A DNA stretch of 46,823 bases from an uncultured Verrucomicrobiota bacterium (GCA_903956835.1 CAJBOM010000084.1:1-46823); one strand, 5' to 3'; positions 9,967-19,838 are shown, numbered from the stretch's first letter. A program made the numbers and translations. The notes: generated by a model from the letters alone, not told the origin.

Positions 9967-10922
9967 ACCGGCTTGCCCCCTGGATACGTTTTGGCGTCAC
10001 CGCCAGCGTCCTCGGCTTTCTCGCGGGCAAAATCAACTGGCCCAACCTCGCCCACCGCTTCACCTCCGCCCAACCCTACTGGCTCGCCGCCGCCCTCCTC
10101 GTCACTCTCCTTTCCATCCTGCTTTGTGCCACTCGCTTCTTTTTTGTTCTTCGCCTCCAAAAAATCCATCTCTCCTACTTCCGCACTATCCATCTTAACT
10201 TCGTCGGCTTCTTCTTTAACCTCTTCCTCATCGGCTCCACTGGCGGAGACGCCATCCGACTCTTCTATCTTCTTCGCTGGTTCCCTCAACAAAAAGCCCG
10301 TGCCGCCCTCTCCATCCTCCTCGACCGCATCTTCGGCGTCGCCGCCCTCTTCGGCCTAGCCCTTCTTTTTCTTCCTGGCACCGCCGATCGCCTCCGCGCC
10401 GATCCTACCTTCGCCCCTCTCGCTCAAGCTCTTCCCTGGCTCGGTCCCCTCGGCGCCTTTCTCCTGCTCCTTGCCTTCATCCTTCCAGGACTCCTACCCA
10501 ATATCCCTCTTCCCCAAAAACTCCCCGCCCGCTCTCTCATCCTCGATCTCCTTCACGGCCTGCGCGATACCATCCACGGTGGCTGGAATACGGTCGCCGT
10601 CGTCCTCGTTTCCCTCTGCGTTCACCTCGCCAGCTTTGCCGGTGCCACCCTTCTGGCCCACTCTCTCGCCCTCCCCATCAACTACTCCCTCGCAGGCCTC
10701 ATCCTTGTTCTCATCTTCACCGCCTCCGCCCTGCCCATCAGCGTCAGCGGTCACGGCGTCCGCGAAGGGGTCATGGTCTTCCTCTTTCTTCATCTCGGCC
10801 TCGGCACCGATCCAGAATCCGCCATCGCCTACTCCATCCTTATCTACGGACTCGGCCTATTCTGGAGCCTCTTCGGCGGACTGGCCTACCTCACCCTTAA
10901 ATCTCCCCAGTCCAAACCATGA
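9933..10922 (+). CDS. Lysylphosphatidylglycerol-synthase TM-domain (UPF0104, flippase-like) membrane protein
   Basis: Multiple TM segments; GFFFNLFLIGSTGGD, SILLDRIFG and LPISVSGHGVREG motifs. Start placed at ATG 9933 inside ORF 9678..10922. Confidence 0.85.
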   Translation: MVETKPARTLLNRLAPWIRFGVTASVLGFLAGKINWPNLAHRFTSAQPYWLAAALLVTLLSILLCATRFFFVLRLQKIHLSYFRTIHLNFVGFFFNLFLIGSTGGDAIRLFYLLRWFPQQKARAALSILLDRIFGVAALFGLALLFLPGTADRLRADPTFAPLAQALPWLGPLGAFLLLLAFILPGLLPNIPLPQKLPARSLILDLLHGLRDTIHGGWNTVAVVLVSLCVHLASFAGATLLAHSLALPINYSLAGLILVLIFTASALPISVSGHGVREGVMVFLFLHLGLGTDPESAIAYSILIYGLGLFWSLFGGLAYLTLKSPQSKP

Positions 10923-12229
10923 TCCGTCACCCCCAAGCTGAACAGATCGTTCAAAAACTTGCCCAAGCCGGCCACGTCGCTGTGTACGCCGGAGGTTGCG
11001 TCCGCGATGCCCTCCTTCAACGCACCTATCCCGATGTTGATATCGCCACCTCTGCCACCCCCGACGAAGTCCAATCCCTCTTCCCCAAAGCCTCCGATCC
11101 TCAAGGCAAGGCCTTCGGCGTCATCCGCCTCCGCCTCGACGACCACGTTTTTGAAATTGCCACCTTCCGCGTCGACGGCCCCTACCTTGATGGTCGCCGC
11201 CCCTCCTCCATCACCTTCACCACCGCCCAAGAAGATGCCCAACGGCGCGACTTCACCATCAACGGCATGTTTTTTGATCCCCTCAAAAATGAACTCCTCG
11301 ACTACGTTCAAGGCCAAGCCGATCTCGCTACCCAACAAATCCGCGCCATCGGCGATCCTCTCGCCCGCTTTACCGAAGACCGCCTCCGCCTCTTCCGCGC
11401 TATCCGCTTCGCCGTCCAACTCGGCTTTTCCATCGAACCCACCACCTGGAAAGCCCTCTGCACTCTCGCCCCCGACTCCAAAGTCATCTCCCCCGAACGC
11501 ATCCGCGATGAACTTGTTAAAATTCTCACCAGCCCCGATCCCGCCCGTGGCTTCGATCTTCTTCACGATTCAGGCCTTCTCGCCGCCTGGATTCCCGAAC
11601 TCCTCCCCATGCGCGACTGCGCCCAATCTCCCGAACACCATCCAGAGGGCGACGTCTGGGTCCATACCCGCCTCCTCCTCACCCACCTGAAAAATCCTTC
11701 CCCCGTCCTCGCTCTCTCCGCCCTTCTCCACGATATAGGGAAACCTCCTACCTCGAAAACCGATCCCGACGGCCGCATCCGGTTCTTTGGCCACGAAGGT
11801 GTCGGCGCCCGCATGGCCGAGGAAATTCTCCGCCGCCTCCGCTTTCCCAACGATGAGATTAGCGCCATCACCGCTTGCATCGCCAACCACATGGCCTTCA
11901 AAGATGCCCCTAACATGCGCGTCAGCACTCTCAAGCGTCTCCTCGCGCGCCCCACTTTTTTGGAAGAACTCGAACTCCACCGAATCGACTGCTCCTCCTG
12001 CCACGGACAACTCGATATCTACAACTTTCTCACCGCCAAACTCTCCGAGTTTTCTAAAGAGGAAATTAAACCCAAGCCCCTTCTCAGCGGTCACGACCTC
12101 CAGGAGCTCGGCGCTACCCCAGGCCCAAAAATGGGCAAAATCCTCCATCAACTTATGGACGAACAACTCGAAGGAAAATTCACCGACCGCACCAGTGCCC
12201 TCGCCCGCGCCCAAGAGCTACTAAACTAG
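10919..12229 (+). CDS. cca: CCA tRNA nucleotidyltransferase with HD domain
   Basis: GGCVRD, DVDIAT, RRDFTIN, EDRLRLFRAIRF and HD-domain HHPEGDVWVHT / LLHDIGKP. CCA-adding versus poly(A) activity cannot be proven by eye. Confidence 0.8.
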   Translation: MIRHPQAEQIVQKLAQAGHVAVYAGGCVRDALLQRTYPDVDIATSATPDEVQSLFPKASDPQGKAFGVIRLRLDDHVFEIATFRVDGPYLDGRRPSSITFTTAQEDAQRRDFTINGMFFDPLKNELLDYVQGQADLATQQIRAIGDPLARFTEDRLRLFRAIRFAVQLGFSIEPTTWKALCTLAPDSKVISPERIRDELVKILTSPDPARGFDLLHDSGLLAAWIPELLPMRDCAQSPEHHPEGDVWVHTRLLLTHLKNPSPVLALSALLHDIGKPPTSKTDPDGRIRFFGHEGVGARMAEEILRRLRFPNDEISAITACIANHMAFKDAPNMRVSTLKRLLARPTFLEELELHRIDCSSCHGQLDIYNFLTAKLSEFSKEEIKPKPLLSGHDLQELGATPGPKMGKILHQLMDEQLEGKFTDRTSALARAQELLN

Positions 12230-12269
12230 CTTCCTTCTCCGCTTATCCCGCTTTTGTGGCCTTGCTCCC

Positions 12270-14117
12270 TTACGCATACGCCACAAACGCTTCGTACACT
12301 TCATCAGGAATATCCAGCAACTTGTAATCGCCCGATGAAACAAAAATCAACTGCTGCTTACCCTTGCCCAATTGATTTCCCGCAGAATCAAAAATCTGAT
12401 GCTCCAAGGTGACAAACTTCCGATTGTACTCCCCCACTTTGATTTTCACACTCACCCTCTCAAACTCCCGCGTCTCGCGCATAAACTTATGCTCGAATGA
12501 CCGCGTCAAAATATAGTAGGGGGTCGTCTTTAAATTAAATTTCGGCAAACAACGGTTGAAAAATAACTCCCGTGTCTTTCCTACCCACATCGCGTACATC
12601 CCGAAGTAAACATTCCCCACCGAATTCGTATCGGCGTAGGTTGCGACAAACGAGTGCACAAACCACTTCCCATCAAAATGCCCGTACGGATCATGCCCAT
12701 CCACCACACTCCCGCTGGGAAACGGAACCACCCGCCCAGGCTCCACCCCCGCCTCGCTCGCTCGAATCTCCCCCCTCGCGCCAGCCACCGCACTCTCCAG
12801 CTCCTCCACCCCTCTGACAAACTCCTGTGCTGAACCTGGCTTAAGCAAAAGCCAAACCACATAGCCCACGGGCAGAACCGATCCCACAATCATCCCCCAC
12901 GGATTCTCCAAAAAATATCCATACGCAAAAATGACCACCGCGACACTTCCCACACAGAACATCTTCACCTGCGGTAAAGCATTTCCTTGCCCCGTGTGGA
13001 ACGCACGCAACAACGCCAGTCCCGCATATCCCACAAAAAACGTCGCGTAGAAAATCATGAAGTACTCCAACTCCAACTTCAGCACCACCGCCGCCACCGT
13101 GAACAATCCCGCGAGAACCAACGCAGGTAAAGGCGATCCCAGTAAAGCTTCCGGCAATAGTGTTAACGGGAAGGGTCGCGCCGCTCCGCCCGACTTACTC
13201 AAATACCAGCGCAACGCGATGTATCCGCTATCCAAAGTGGTCAAGGTCATCACACAGAGAAACACCATATAGGAACCAAAAGCCCACGGATGCGCCGAGG
13301 CCGCCGCCCAAAAAAATCGCACGATCCCATCCTCCCCGTACGCCAACCCGTCAATACCCTGGCGCATCGGCGCCCCCCCAGTTTGCCCCGCTACCCAAAG
13401 GGCCAAGCTACCATGGGCCAGCAACAGAAGAAAAAAAAGCGAGCCCCCAAACAAATAACTCACCGCCGCCGATTTTCCCTCCCTTTGAATCTGGATCGCC
13501 CGCTGCCACTGCTGGAGATCCAGCCAAGGACCTAAGGTGAGCCCCACGCAAATCGGAATCGCATAACCCCAGAAGTTCATTCCCAAAAATGGATTACTTC
13601 CCGTCATCATCGGTTGCCCTGTCCCTAAGGACGGGAGTTGAAAATAAATAATCCCCATCGCCACCAAAGCAATCAAGCCAAGGACTCCATGACTAAACTT
13701 GATTCGCCGAATATCAAACTCCTCCCCAAACAATGTCGCCGCCGCCAAAATCACCAGCACCGTCAGCAGAAGGTACAACCCCGCTGGCTCTAGCCCCAGG
13801 GGTTGCCACCCATATCGGACCAGTGCAAAGATCGTCAATGTGATCGCCAGAATCTGATACAGGAAAAAGATCAAACGATAAGGGCGCGACCAGTTGGCAA
13901 AAAAAGATCCTAGAGCATCAGGTCCATTACCCCCTCGATGCGCAATCAGCTTGGTCAACCCGCCAAAAATCATCAGCCCAAGGGCGTTGGGAATGGCAAA
14001 GGCCAGTAAGCCAAATAATCCGTACTGCAGAGAAAATTGGACGCTGAAAAACAGCCCCAACCCCCACATCCACGAAAGGGCCACCGAGACCCCCCAAAGC
14101 GCATTCATCGCAATCAT
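12270..14117 (-). CDS. Multi-pass membrane protein (sodium:solute symporter-like) fused to a C-terminal hotdog-fold thioesterase
   Basis: About 12-13 hydrophobic segments with SSS-like SWMWGLGLFFS, GPWLDLQQWQR and LTTLDSG. The C-terminal ~137 aa carries DTNSVGNVYFGMYAMWVGKTRE, typical of 4HBT-type thioesterases. Confidence 0.75.
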   Translation of the reverse strand: MIAMNALWGVSVALSWMWGLGLFFSVQFSLQYGLFGLLAFAIPNALGLMIFGGLTKLIAHRGGNGPDALGSFFANWSRPYRLIFFLYQILAITLTIFALVRYGWQPLGLEPAGLYLLLTVLVILAAATLFGEEFDIRRIKFSHGVLGLIALVAMGIIYFQLPSLGTGQPMMTGSNPFLGMNFWGYAIPICVGLTLGPWLDLQQWQRAIQIQREGKSAAVSYLFGGSLFFLLLLAHGSLALWVAGQTGGAPMRQGIDGLAYGEDGIVRFFWAAASAHPWAFGSYMVFLCVMTLTTLDSGYIALRWYLSKSGGAARPFPLTLLPEALLGSPLPALVLAGLFTVAAVVLKLELEYFMIFYATFFVGYAGLALLRAFHTGQGNALPQVKMFCVGSVAVVIFAYGYFLENPWGMIVGSVLPVGYVVWLLLKPGSAQEFVRGVEELESAVAGARGEIRASEAGVEPGRVVPFPSGSVVDGHDPYGHFDGKWFVHSFVATYADTNSVGNVYFGMYAMWVGKTRELFFNRCLPKFNLKTTPYYILTRSFEHKFMRETREFERVSVKIKVGEYNRKFVTLEHQIFDSAGNQLGKGKQQLIFVSSGDYKLLDIPDEVYEAFVAYA

Positions 14118-14236
14118 TCGAAATTAAATCCTACCTTCACTCGCAGGATCGTTCCAACCCAAAAGCCCACCTCACCAACCACCCACCCCTTTCGCCCAGC
14201 GCAATCCTATCGAAGATTTTGGCAGAAAGTAAGTCT

Positions 14237-14256
14237 CCCGAGCGGGCGAAGGGATT
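14237..14256 (-). repeat. 20-bp exact copy of the tRNA-Gly 3' end (att-like direct repeat)
   Basis: CCCGAGCGGGCGAAGGGATT at 14237-14256 is identical to 14317-14336. Confidence 0.9.
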
Positions 14257-14262
14257 GGTCCC

Positions 14263-14307
14263 AAAAAAACCTGCCCCCGACCTATCCTATTTACGCCTCT
14301 GGCAGGT
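14263..14307 (-). terminator. Putative intrinsic terminator downstream of tRNA-Gly
   Basis: Minus strand ACCTGCC...GGCAGGT stem followed by a T-run. The loop is long (about 25 nt), so the call is uncertain. Confidence 0.5.
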
Positions 14308-14320
14308 GGAATAACGCCCG

Positions 14321-14393
<73 letters not shown>

Positions 14394-14450
14394 GTTCGAC
14401 TGAAATGATCTGCTTCCTGCCCTCCCAGCGCAACCCTTTTTCCCAACCCC

Positions 14451-15239
14451 TCAACCCTCCACTTCAATCCTCGGTCCCGCCTTCCCCGCGCAAGTTTCAT
14501 GTACCCGCACCCCTTTTCGCCCTGCCCGATCTAAAGCCTCCTCAATAGCCCGCCGCGCTAACTCAGGCCGATTGCACTCTTCGCTAATATGCCCAAGAAA
14601 AAGCTCCCGCAACTCAGGTCCCGCCACCTCCTCCACTAACTTCGCCGCCGCCTTATTCGACAAATGCCCATGCCGCGCCGCAATCCTCTGCTTCACCGAC
14701 CACGGTCTCTTCACCTCCGCATGCAGCATCGCCTCATCATAATTCGCCTCCAACACCAGAGCCGTACACCCCTTCAACCTCTCCACCACTAATCTCGTCA
14801 CAAACCCTAGATCCGAAATCACTCCAATCCGTGTCGTTCCCACTGTTACCCTCATCCCAATCGGCTCCGCCGCATCGTGCGGCACCGGAAAAGTCTCTAC
14901 CGAGAAACTTCCAATCTCTACCCGAGCGCCCGCCGCAAACGCCCGCCAGTCCGCCATCGCTACCGTCGGCTCCAACGCATCTTTCGTGCCCTCACTCGCA
15001 AAGACAGGACACTTTCTCGTTTTAATAAAGGTCTTTAACCCCGCCGTATGGTCCCCGTGCTCGTGGGTTAAAATAATCCCCAGAATCCGGCTCGCCTCCG
15101 CCCCCACCTCCGCCAACCGCGCCTCCAACTGCCGTGCACTCAATCCCGCATCCACCAAGATCGCCTTCCCCTCACACTCCAAATGCAACGAGTTGCCCCG
15201 ACTCCCACTTCCCAGAACGGTTAAAGTCACTTTGGCCAT
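14451..15239 (-). CDS. MBL-fold metallo-hydrolase, YycJ/WalJ-like
   Basis: VLGSGSRGNS, LVDAG, THEHGDH, PHDA, LEANYD and HGHLSN. Start placed at ATG 15239. Confidence 0.9.
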   Translation of the reverse strand: MAKVTLTVLGSGSRGNSLHLECEGKAILVDAGLSARQLEARLAEVGAEASRILGIILTHEHGDHTAGLKTFIKTRKCPVFASEGTKDALEPTVAMADWRAFAAGARVEIGSFSVETFPVPHDAAEPIGMRVTVGTTRIGVISDLGFVTRLVVERLKGCTALVLEANYDEAMLHAEVKRPWSVKQRIAARHGHLSNKAAAKLVEEVAGPELRELFLGHISEECNRPELARRAIEEALDRAGRKGVRVHETCAGKAGPRIEVEG

Positions 15240-15287
15240 AACACGTTTTGCCTTTTTCCAGACAAAGCCCAATCTCTAATTCTAGTC

Positions 15288-16664
15288 ATGTCCCTATCTC
15301 TCCAGCCCAGCCTTCGCCAAACCACCACTATCTCCCCACAAATCCAGCAGTCTCTTCAACTCCTGCAAACCCCCGCTCTCGAACTCCAAACCCTTCTCCA
15401 AACCGAACTTCAAACCAATCCCGTCCTTGAAGAAGAACCTCTTCTCACAGAAATCCCCGAAGAACCCACCGACCAAGACGACGATTCCGATCTCCTCAGC
15501 CAGAACACCGATTGGCCCGTCAACTCCGCGCCCCCAGACCGTCCCCGCCTCGATGCCCGCCAAGCCCTCCTCGAATCCAAAGTCTTACCCGAATCTCTCA
15601 CCGATCACCTCACCGCCCAACTCACCCTCACCCTCACCGAACCCAACCTTCGCGCCGCTGCCTCCGAAATCATCGGGAACCTCGACGACGACGGCTTCTT
15701 GCATGTCGACCTGTCCGAAATCGCCACCTCCGCCCAAGTCTCTCCCGCCATCACCACCCAGGCCCTCGCCCTCGTCCAATCTTTTCACCCCCCAGGCGTG
15801 GCCGCTCGCTCCCTCCCAGAATCTCTTCTTCTCCAGCTTCACGCCCGAGGTCGCGATGACTCCCTCGAATGCCGTATCATTCGCGACTACTTCGACCTCT
15901 TGGGAAAACGTAAATTCGCGGAGATCGCCGTCGCCTCCCATGCCCCCATCGAGGCCGTCACCGTCGCTGCCGAAATCATCTCCCACCTTTCTCCTCGCCC
16001 TGGCGCCACCTTCGCCCCCGACCGTCTCGACCTCGTCGTCCGCCCCGAGGCCTCCTTCATCCGCGACGGCGATAAGTGGATCCCCCTTCTTGAAGGAGAT
16101 CTCCTCCCCCGACTCCGCATCAACGACGTCTACAAAGACCTGCTCAGCGACGCCTCCGCCGATGAACAAACCCGTTCTTATCTCAAAGAACGAATTCGAT
16201 CCGCGCGCTTCCTCATGCAATCCCTCGAACGACGCCAGGAAACCCTCCAAAAACTTCTCGAAATTATCGCCCAACGCCAAGCCGACTACTTTTCCCAAGG
16301 ACCCTCCGCCCTCCGACCCCTCACCATGACCGAAGTCGCAGGCCAAGTGGGCGTTCACGAAACCACCATCGGTCGCGCCGTTGCCAATAAATATGTCCGC
16401 ACCCCCCACGGCGTTGTGCCTCTCCGCTTCTTCTTTGCCACCGCCCTCGGTGGCGTAAACGATTTCGAGCCAGCCGTCGCCAACACTCGCGCCAAAGAAA
16501 TTCTCGCCGAAATTGTTGGGCGCGAAAATCCTGCAAAACCCTTCTCGGATGCCGCTTTAGAAGAAATGCTTCGCGAGCGCGGCATTCCCATCGCTCGACG
16601 TACTATTTCGAAATACCGCGCAGAGCTTGGCATCCTTCCCACCCACCTTCGTCGCCGTTCATGA
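15288..16664 (+). CDS. rpoN: RNA polymerase sigma-54 factor
   Basis: Q/L-rich region I, IIGNLDDDGFL, PPGVAARSL, VHETTIGRAV HTH and RpoN box ARRTISKYR. Confidence 0.96.
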   Translation: MSLSLQPSLRQTTTISPQIQQSLQLLQTPALELQTLLQTELQTNPVLEEEPLLTEIPEEPTDQDDDSDLLSQNTDWPVNSAPPDRPRLDARQALLESKVLPESLTDHLTAQLTLTLTEPNLRAAASEIIGNLDDDGFLHVDLSEIATSAQVSPAITTQALALVQSFHPPGVAARSLPESLLLQLHARGRDDSLECRIIRDYFDLLGKRKFAEIAVASHAPIEAVTVAAEIISHLSPRPGATFAPDRLDLVVRPEASFIRDGDKWIPLLEGDLLPRLRINDVYKDLLSDASADEQTRSYLKERIRSARFLMQSLERRQETLQKLLEIIAQRQADYFSQGPSALRPLTMTEVAGQVGVHETTIGRAVANKYVRTPHGVVPLRFFFATALGGVNDFEPAVANTRAKEILAEIVGRENPAKPFSDAALEEMLRERGIPIARRTISKYRAELGILPTHLRRRS

Positions 16665-17470
16665 CCGCCGCTCTTCGCGCCCTGCCAACCGTTTTTTCTA
16701 TCGGCCTGCAAAGGCAGTTGGCCTATCGCTGGAACTATCTTCTCCGTGCTCTTTTTAGTGCCGTTCCTCTTCTCGTCTCTTGGGTTTTTTGGGAAGCCGT
16801 CTTCCAAGGCAAAGAGACTGTCGGTCGCTACACTTTGGCCGGACTACTCACCTACTACGCGGTGCTTCTCATCGTCGAAGCCGTTAGCTCCCCCGCCGAC
16901 GACGACTTCCAAATCTCGCGTGAAATCCGCGAAGGCATGCTCAATCCGATTCTGCTTCGCCCTCTCCCTTATGGTCTTTATCGCGGAGCCCTCTTCCTTT
17001 CGGGTCGTTGCGCCTACCTTGTCGCTGCCTTTATCCCTGTTTTTCTCTGTTTTTTTATTCTCTCTCGCGTAGTCCATCTCGAATTGGCTTCTTTCGATAT
17101 TCTACGGGGTCTTCCCGCTCTTTTCGGTTCTGCACTTTTACAGTTCAGCCTAACCCTTTGCCTCTCCCTCACCTCCTTCTGGTTTCTGGATATCAGCTCC
17201 CTTATTTTTCTAGTCTACTCCCTCGAATTCCTCGCCGGCGGTCACGTCTTTCCTCTCGATCTTCTCCCTGCACCACTTTTCACTGCCGCACGCTTTTTAC
17301 CCTTCGCCTACGAGTACTGGTTCCCCGCTGCCGCCCTTTGCGGAACACTTTCCCATCGGGAGTGGCAAATCGGAATCGGCATGCAGTTCGCTTGGGCCAT
17401 CTTTTTTCTCTTTTTCGCCTACTTCCTTTGGAAGGCTGGCCTACGCAAATACACTGCGGCGGGTGGATAA
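16661..17470 (+). CDS. ABC-2 family transporter permease (DUF990-like)
   Basis: LAYRWN, EIREGMLNPILLRP, GHVFPLDLLP, LPFAY and GLRKYTAAGG; ATGA overlap with the rpoN stop. Confidence 0.85.
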   Translation: MTAALRALPTVFSIGLQRQLAYRWNYLLRALFSAVPLLVSWVFWEAVFQGKETVGRYTLAGLLTYYAVLLIVEAVSSPADDDFQISREIREGMLNPILLRPLPYGLYRGALFLSGRCAYLVAAFIPVFLCFFILSRVVHLELASFDILRGLPALFGSALLQFSLTLCLSLTSFWFLDISSLIFLVYSLEFLAGGHVFPLDLLPAPLFTAARFLPFAYEYWFPAAALCGTLSHREWQIGIGMQFAWAIFFLFFAYFLWKAGLRKYTAAGG

Positions 17471-18272
17471 ATCGATGCCGTATTTTATCCATCTCCTCAA
17501 GCTCTGGCTTATCCAACTCCGCTATGCCATCACCCGCGAACTCGCCTTCCGTGCTAACTTTTTTGCATGGGTCATCGTTGAACTTGCCTGGTTCGTTCTC
17601 CAACTCGCCTTTGTCGGCGTCGTCTATCAGCACGTCGATAGTGTCGCGGGTTGGAACCGCTACGAGATGATCGTCCTCGTCGCCACCAACCAGCTCATCC
17701 AACAAATCTTCACCGCTTTTCTCATGCCCGGCCTCGTCAAACTGCCCGACCTCGTTCGCACCGGCGGACTCGATTTCCTTCTTCTCAAACCCGCCCCACC
17801 CCAATTCCTTGTCAGCACCTCCAGTCTCGAAATTGGCCCTCTCGCCAACGCGGGCATCGCCCTCATCGTCGTCCTCTCCGCTCTCCACTCCCTCGCTATT
17901 ACCCCCACCCTCTCGGCCACTTTTACTTATCTTTTTCTCGTTCTCGCTGGTCTTTTCGTCCACTACGCCCTCCTCCTCGCTCTTGTCTCTTTCACCTTCT
18001 GGATCGTCCAAGCCGAATCTGTCCTTCTCGGCTACTACAGCATCTTTCAAGTCGCCCGCCTTCCCCGCGAAGCCACCCGCGGTTGGTTTCGCGTCATCTT
18101 TACTTTCGCTATCCCTCTACTCCTTGTCGCGAATGTTCCCGCCTCCGTCCTCATTCGTAATATGCATATTACCCCTATTCTTCTCTTTCTTGGAACCAGC
18201 CTCTCCGCCGCCCTCCTCGCCTCCCTCTTTTTTTATCTCGGACTCCGCCGCTATCAGAGCGCTTCCAGTTGA
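17463..18272 (+). CDS. ABC-2 family transporter permease (DUF990-like), second subunit
   Basis: LAFRANF, GWNRYE, VRTGGLDFLLLKP and GLRRYQSASS. The true start may be ATG 17475. Confidence 0.85.
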   Translation: MDKSMPYFIHLLKLWLIQLRYAITRELAFRANFFAWVIVELAWFVLQLAFVGVVYQHVDSVAGWNRYEMIVLVATNQLIQQIFTAFLMPGLVKLPDLVRTGGLDFLLLKPAPPQFLVSTSSLEIGPLANAGIALIVVLSALHSLAITPTLSATFTYLFLVLAGLFVHYALLLALVSFTFWIVQAESVLLGYYSIFQVARLPREATRGWFRVIFTFAIPLLLVANVPASVLIRNMHITPILLFLGTSLSAALLASLFFYLGLRRYQSASS

Positions 18273-18305
18273 GGAAATCCCAAAAAACAGGCTATCCTTC
18301 TTCCC

Positions 18306-18740
18306 ATGGCTCAGATCACCATCCGCGTAACCAGCCCCCGCCAACTGCCCAAAACCGTGCAAACCCTCCGCCTCCTCGGGCTCCCCCTCTCCCCCTCCAC
18401 CGCCACCTCCCCCTTCACCATCTCTCCTTTCCCTTTCACCTCCTCCCGATCCTCCCACATTCCCAAGAATGTAGGAACCTCCCCCACCCCGCTCCCTTCC
18501 CTCCTCGTCCCCCACGCCCCCACCCCAAAAAAAACCCTCGCCCTCCTCCGCCAACTCGGTACCTCCGCCCCAGGCCCATTCTTTGCCGCCAGCCCCGCCG
18601 GCGCCACCAACGCCGCCCTCTTCATCGCCGCTTGCCTCGCCCCACGCCACCCCAAAATCCGTCGCGCCCTCCACCGCTTCCGTTCCCGCCAAACTCTCTC
18701 CGTTCCCCATCACCCCAAACCCCTACACCCAACTCTCTTT
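18306..18740 (+). other. Degenerate PurE (N5-CAIR mutase)-like domain, in frame with hisC
   Basis: C-terminal AGATNAALFIAACLA...IRRALHRFRSRQT resembles the PurE tail (AGAANAALLAAQIL...L..WR..QT), and TPLPSLLVP resembles T.vPVlGVP. Catalytic GSxSD and SAHR motifs are absent. No stop before the hisC ATG. Confidence 0.55.
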
Positions 18741-19838
18741 ATGCCCGCCACACCCAATCTTTTCGTCGCTAATCTCCAACCCTACGAGCCAGGTCGGCCC
18801 ATCGCCGATGTCGCTCGCGAACACGGACTCTCCCCTTCCCAAATTATCAAACTCGCCTCCAACGAAAATCCCCTCGGCCCCTCTCCCCTCGCCGTCCAAG
18901 CCATTCGTGACTCTCTCGATCATACTCACCTCTACCCCGACGGTGGCGGACTCGACCTCCGCCAAGCCATCGCCAAATCCCACGGCCTCACCCCCGACCA
19001 CGTCGTCCTCGGTTGCGGCTCCAACGAAGTCATCGAATTCTGCTACCACGCCTACACTCAGCCAGGCCAAGGCCGCGTTCTTGCCTCCGCATACGCCTTC
19101 GCCGTCTATGGCCTCATGGCTCGGCTCTTCCATGTCCCCTTCGAAGAGGTCCCTGATCGCGATTTTCATCACGACCTCGCCGGCTTCACCGCCCGCCTGC
19201 AAAACGATGTCCGCCTCGTCTTCCTTGCTTCCCCCAACAACCCCACCGGTACTCGCATCCCCAACGCCGAACTCACCGCCTTCGTCCAAAAATTTCCCGA
19301 CGGCCCACTCCTCATCCTTGACGAAGCCTACTACGAATTCATCCCCGAACCTCCCCCCTCCATCCAATGGATTCAAGAGGGCCGCCCCATCGTCCTCCTC
19401 CGCACCTTTTCCAAAGTCCAAGGCCTCGCTGGGCTCCGCATCGGCTACGGGCTCGCTCACCCTTCCATCGCCGCCGTCCTTCAAAAATCACGCCAACCCT
19501 TCAATACTTCCGCCCCCGCCCAAGTTGCCGCCCTCGCCGCTCTCGCCGATCCAGAGCACGTCCGCAAAACCATCGCCCTAACCAACGAGGGACGCGATCG
19601 CCTCCACTCTTTCTTGAAAAAACTGAAACTCCGCTTCATTCCTGGCACCGCTAACTTCGTCATGGTCGAAGTCGGCGATGGCGACGCCGTCTTTCGCGCT
19701 CTACAAAAACACGGCCTCATCGTTCGCCCCCTCCGTAGCTACCATCTTCCCACTTGGATCCGCATCTCCATCGGTACCCCCGCCCAAATGTCCCGACTCG
19801 AAGAACTCCTGCCCCAAGCCCTCCCCACCCAAAAATGA
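18741..19838 (+). CDS. hisC: Histidinol-phosphate aminotransferase
   Basis: PYEPGRPI, IKLASNENPLG, GCGSNE, SPNNPTG, DEAYYEF and RTFSKVQGLAGLRIGY (PLP lysine). May be translated as a 510-aa fusion from 18306. Confidence 0.95.
   Translation: MPATPNLFVANLQPYEPGRPIADVAREHGLSPSQIIKLASNENPLGPSPLAVQAIRDSLDHTHLYPDGGGLDLRQAIAKSHGLTPDHVVLGCGSNEVIEFCYHAYTQPGQGRVLASAYAFAVYGLMARLFHVPFEEVPDRDFHHDLAGFTARLQNDVRLVFLASPNNPTGTRIPNAELTAFVQKFPDGPLLILDEAYYEFIPEPPPSIQWIQEGRPIVLLRTFSKVQGLAGLRIGYGLAHPSIAAVLQKSRQPFNTSAPAQVAALAALADPEHVRKTIALTNEGRDRLHSFLKKLKLRFIPGTANFVMVEVGDGDAVFRALQKHGLIVRPLRSYHLPTWIRISIGTPAQMSRLEELLPQALPTQK

Noticed and set aside
14142-14156. Possible sigma-54 promoter (TGGAACGATCCTGC, minus strand) upstream of the transporter-thioesterase gene
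   Set aside because: GG to GC spacing is 9 nt rather than the required 10.
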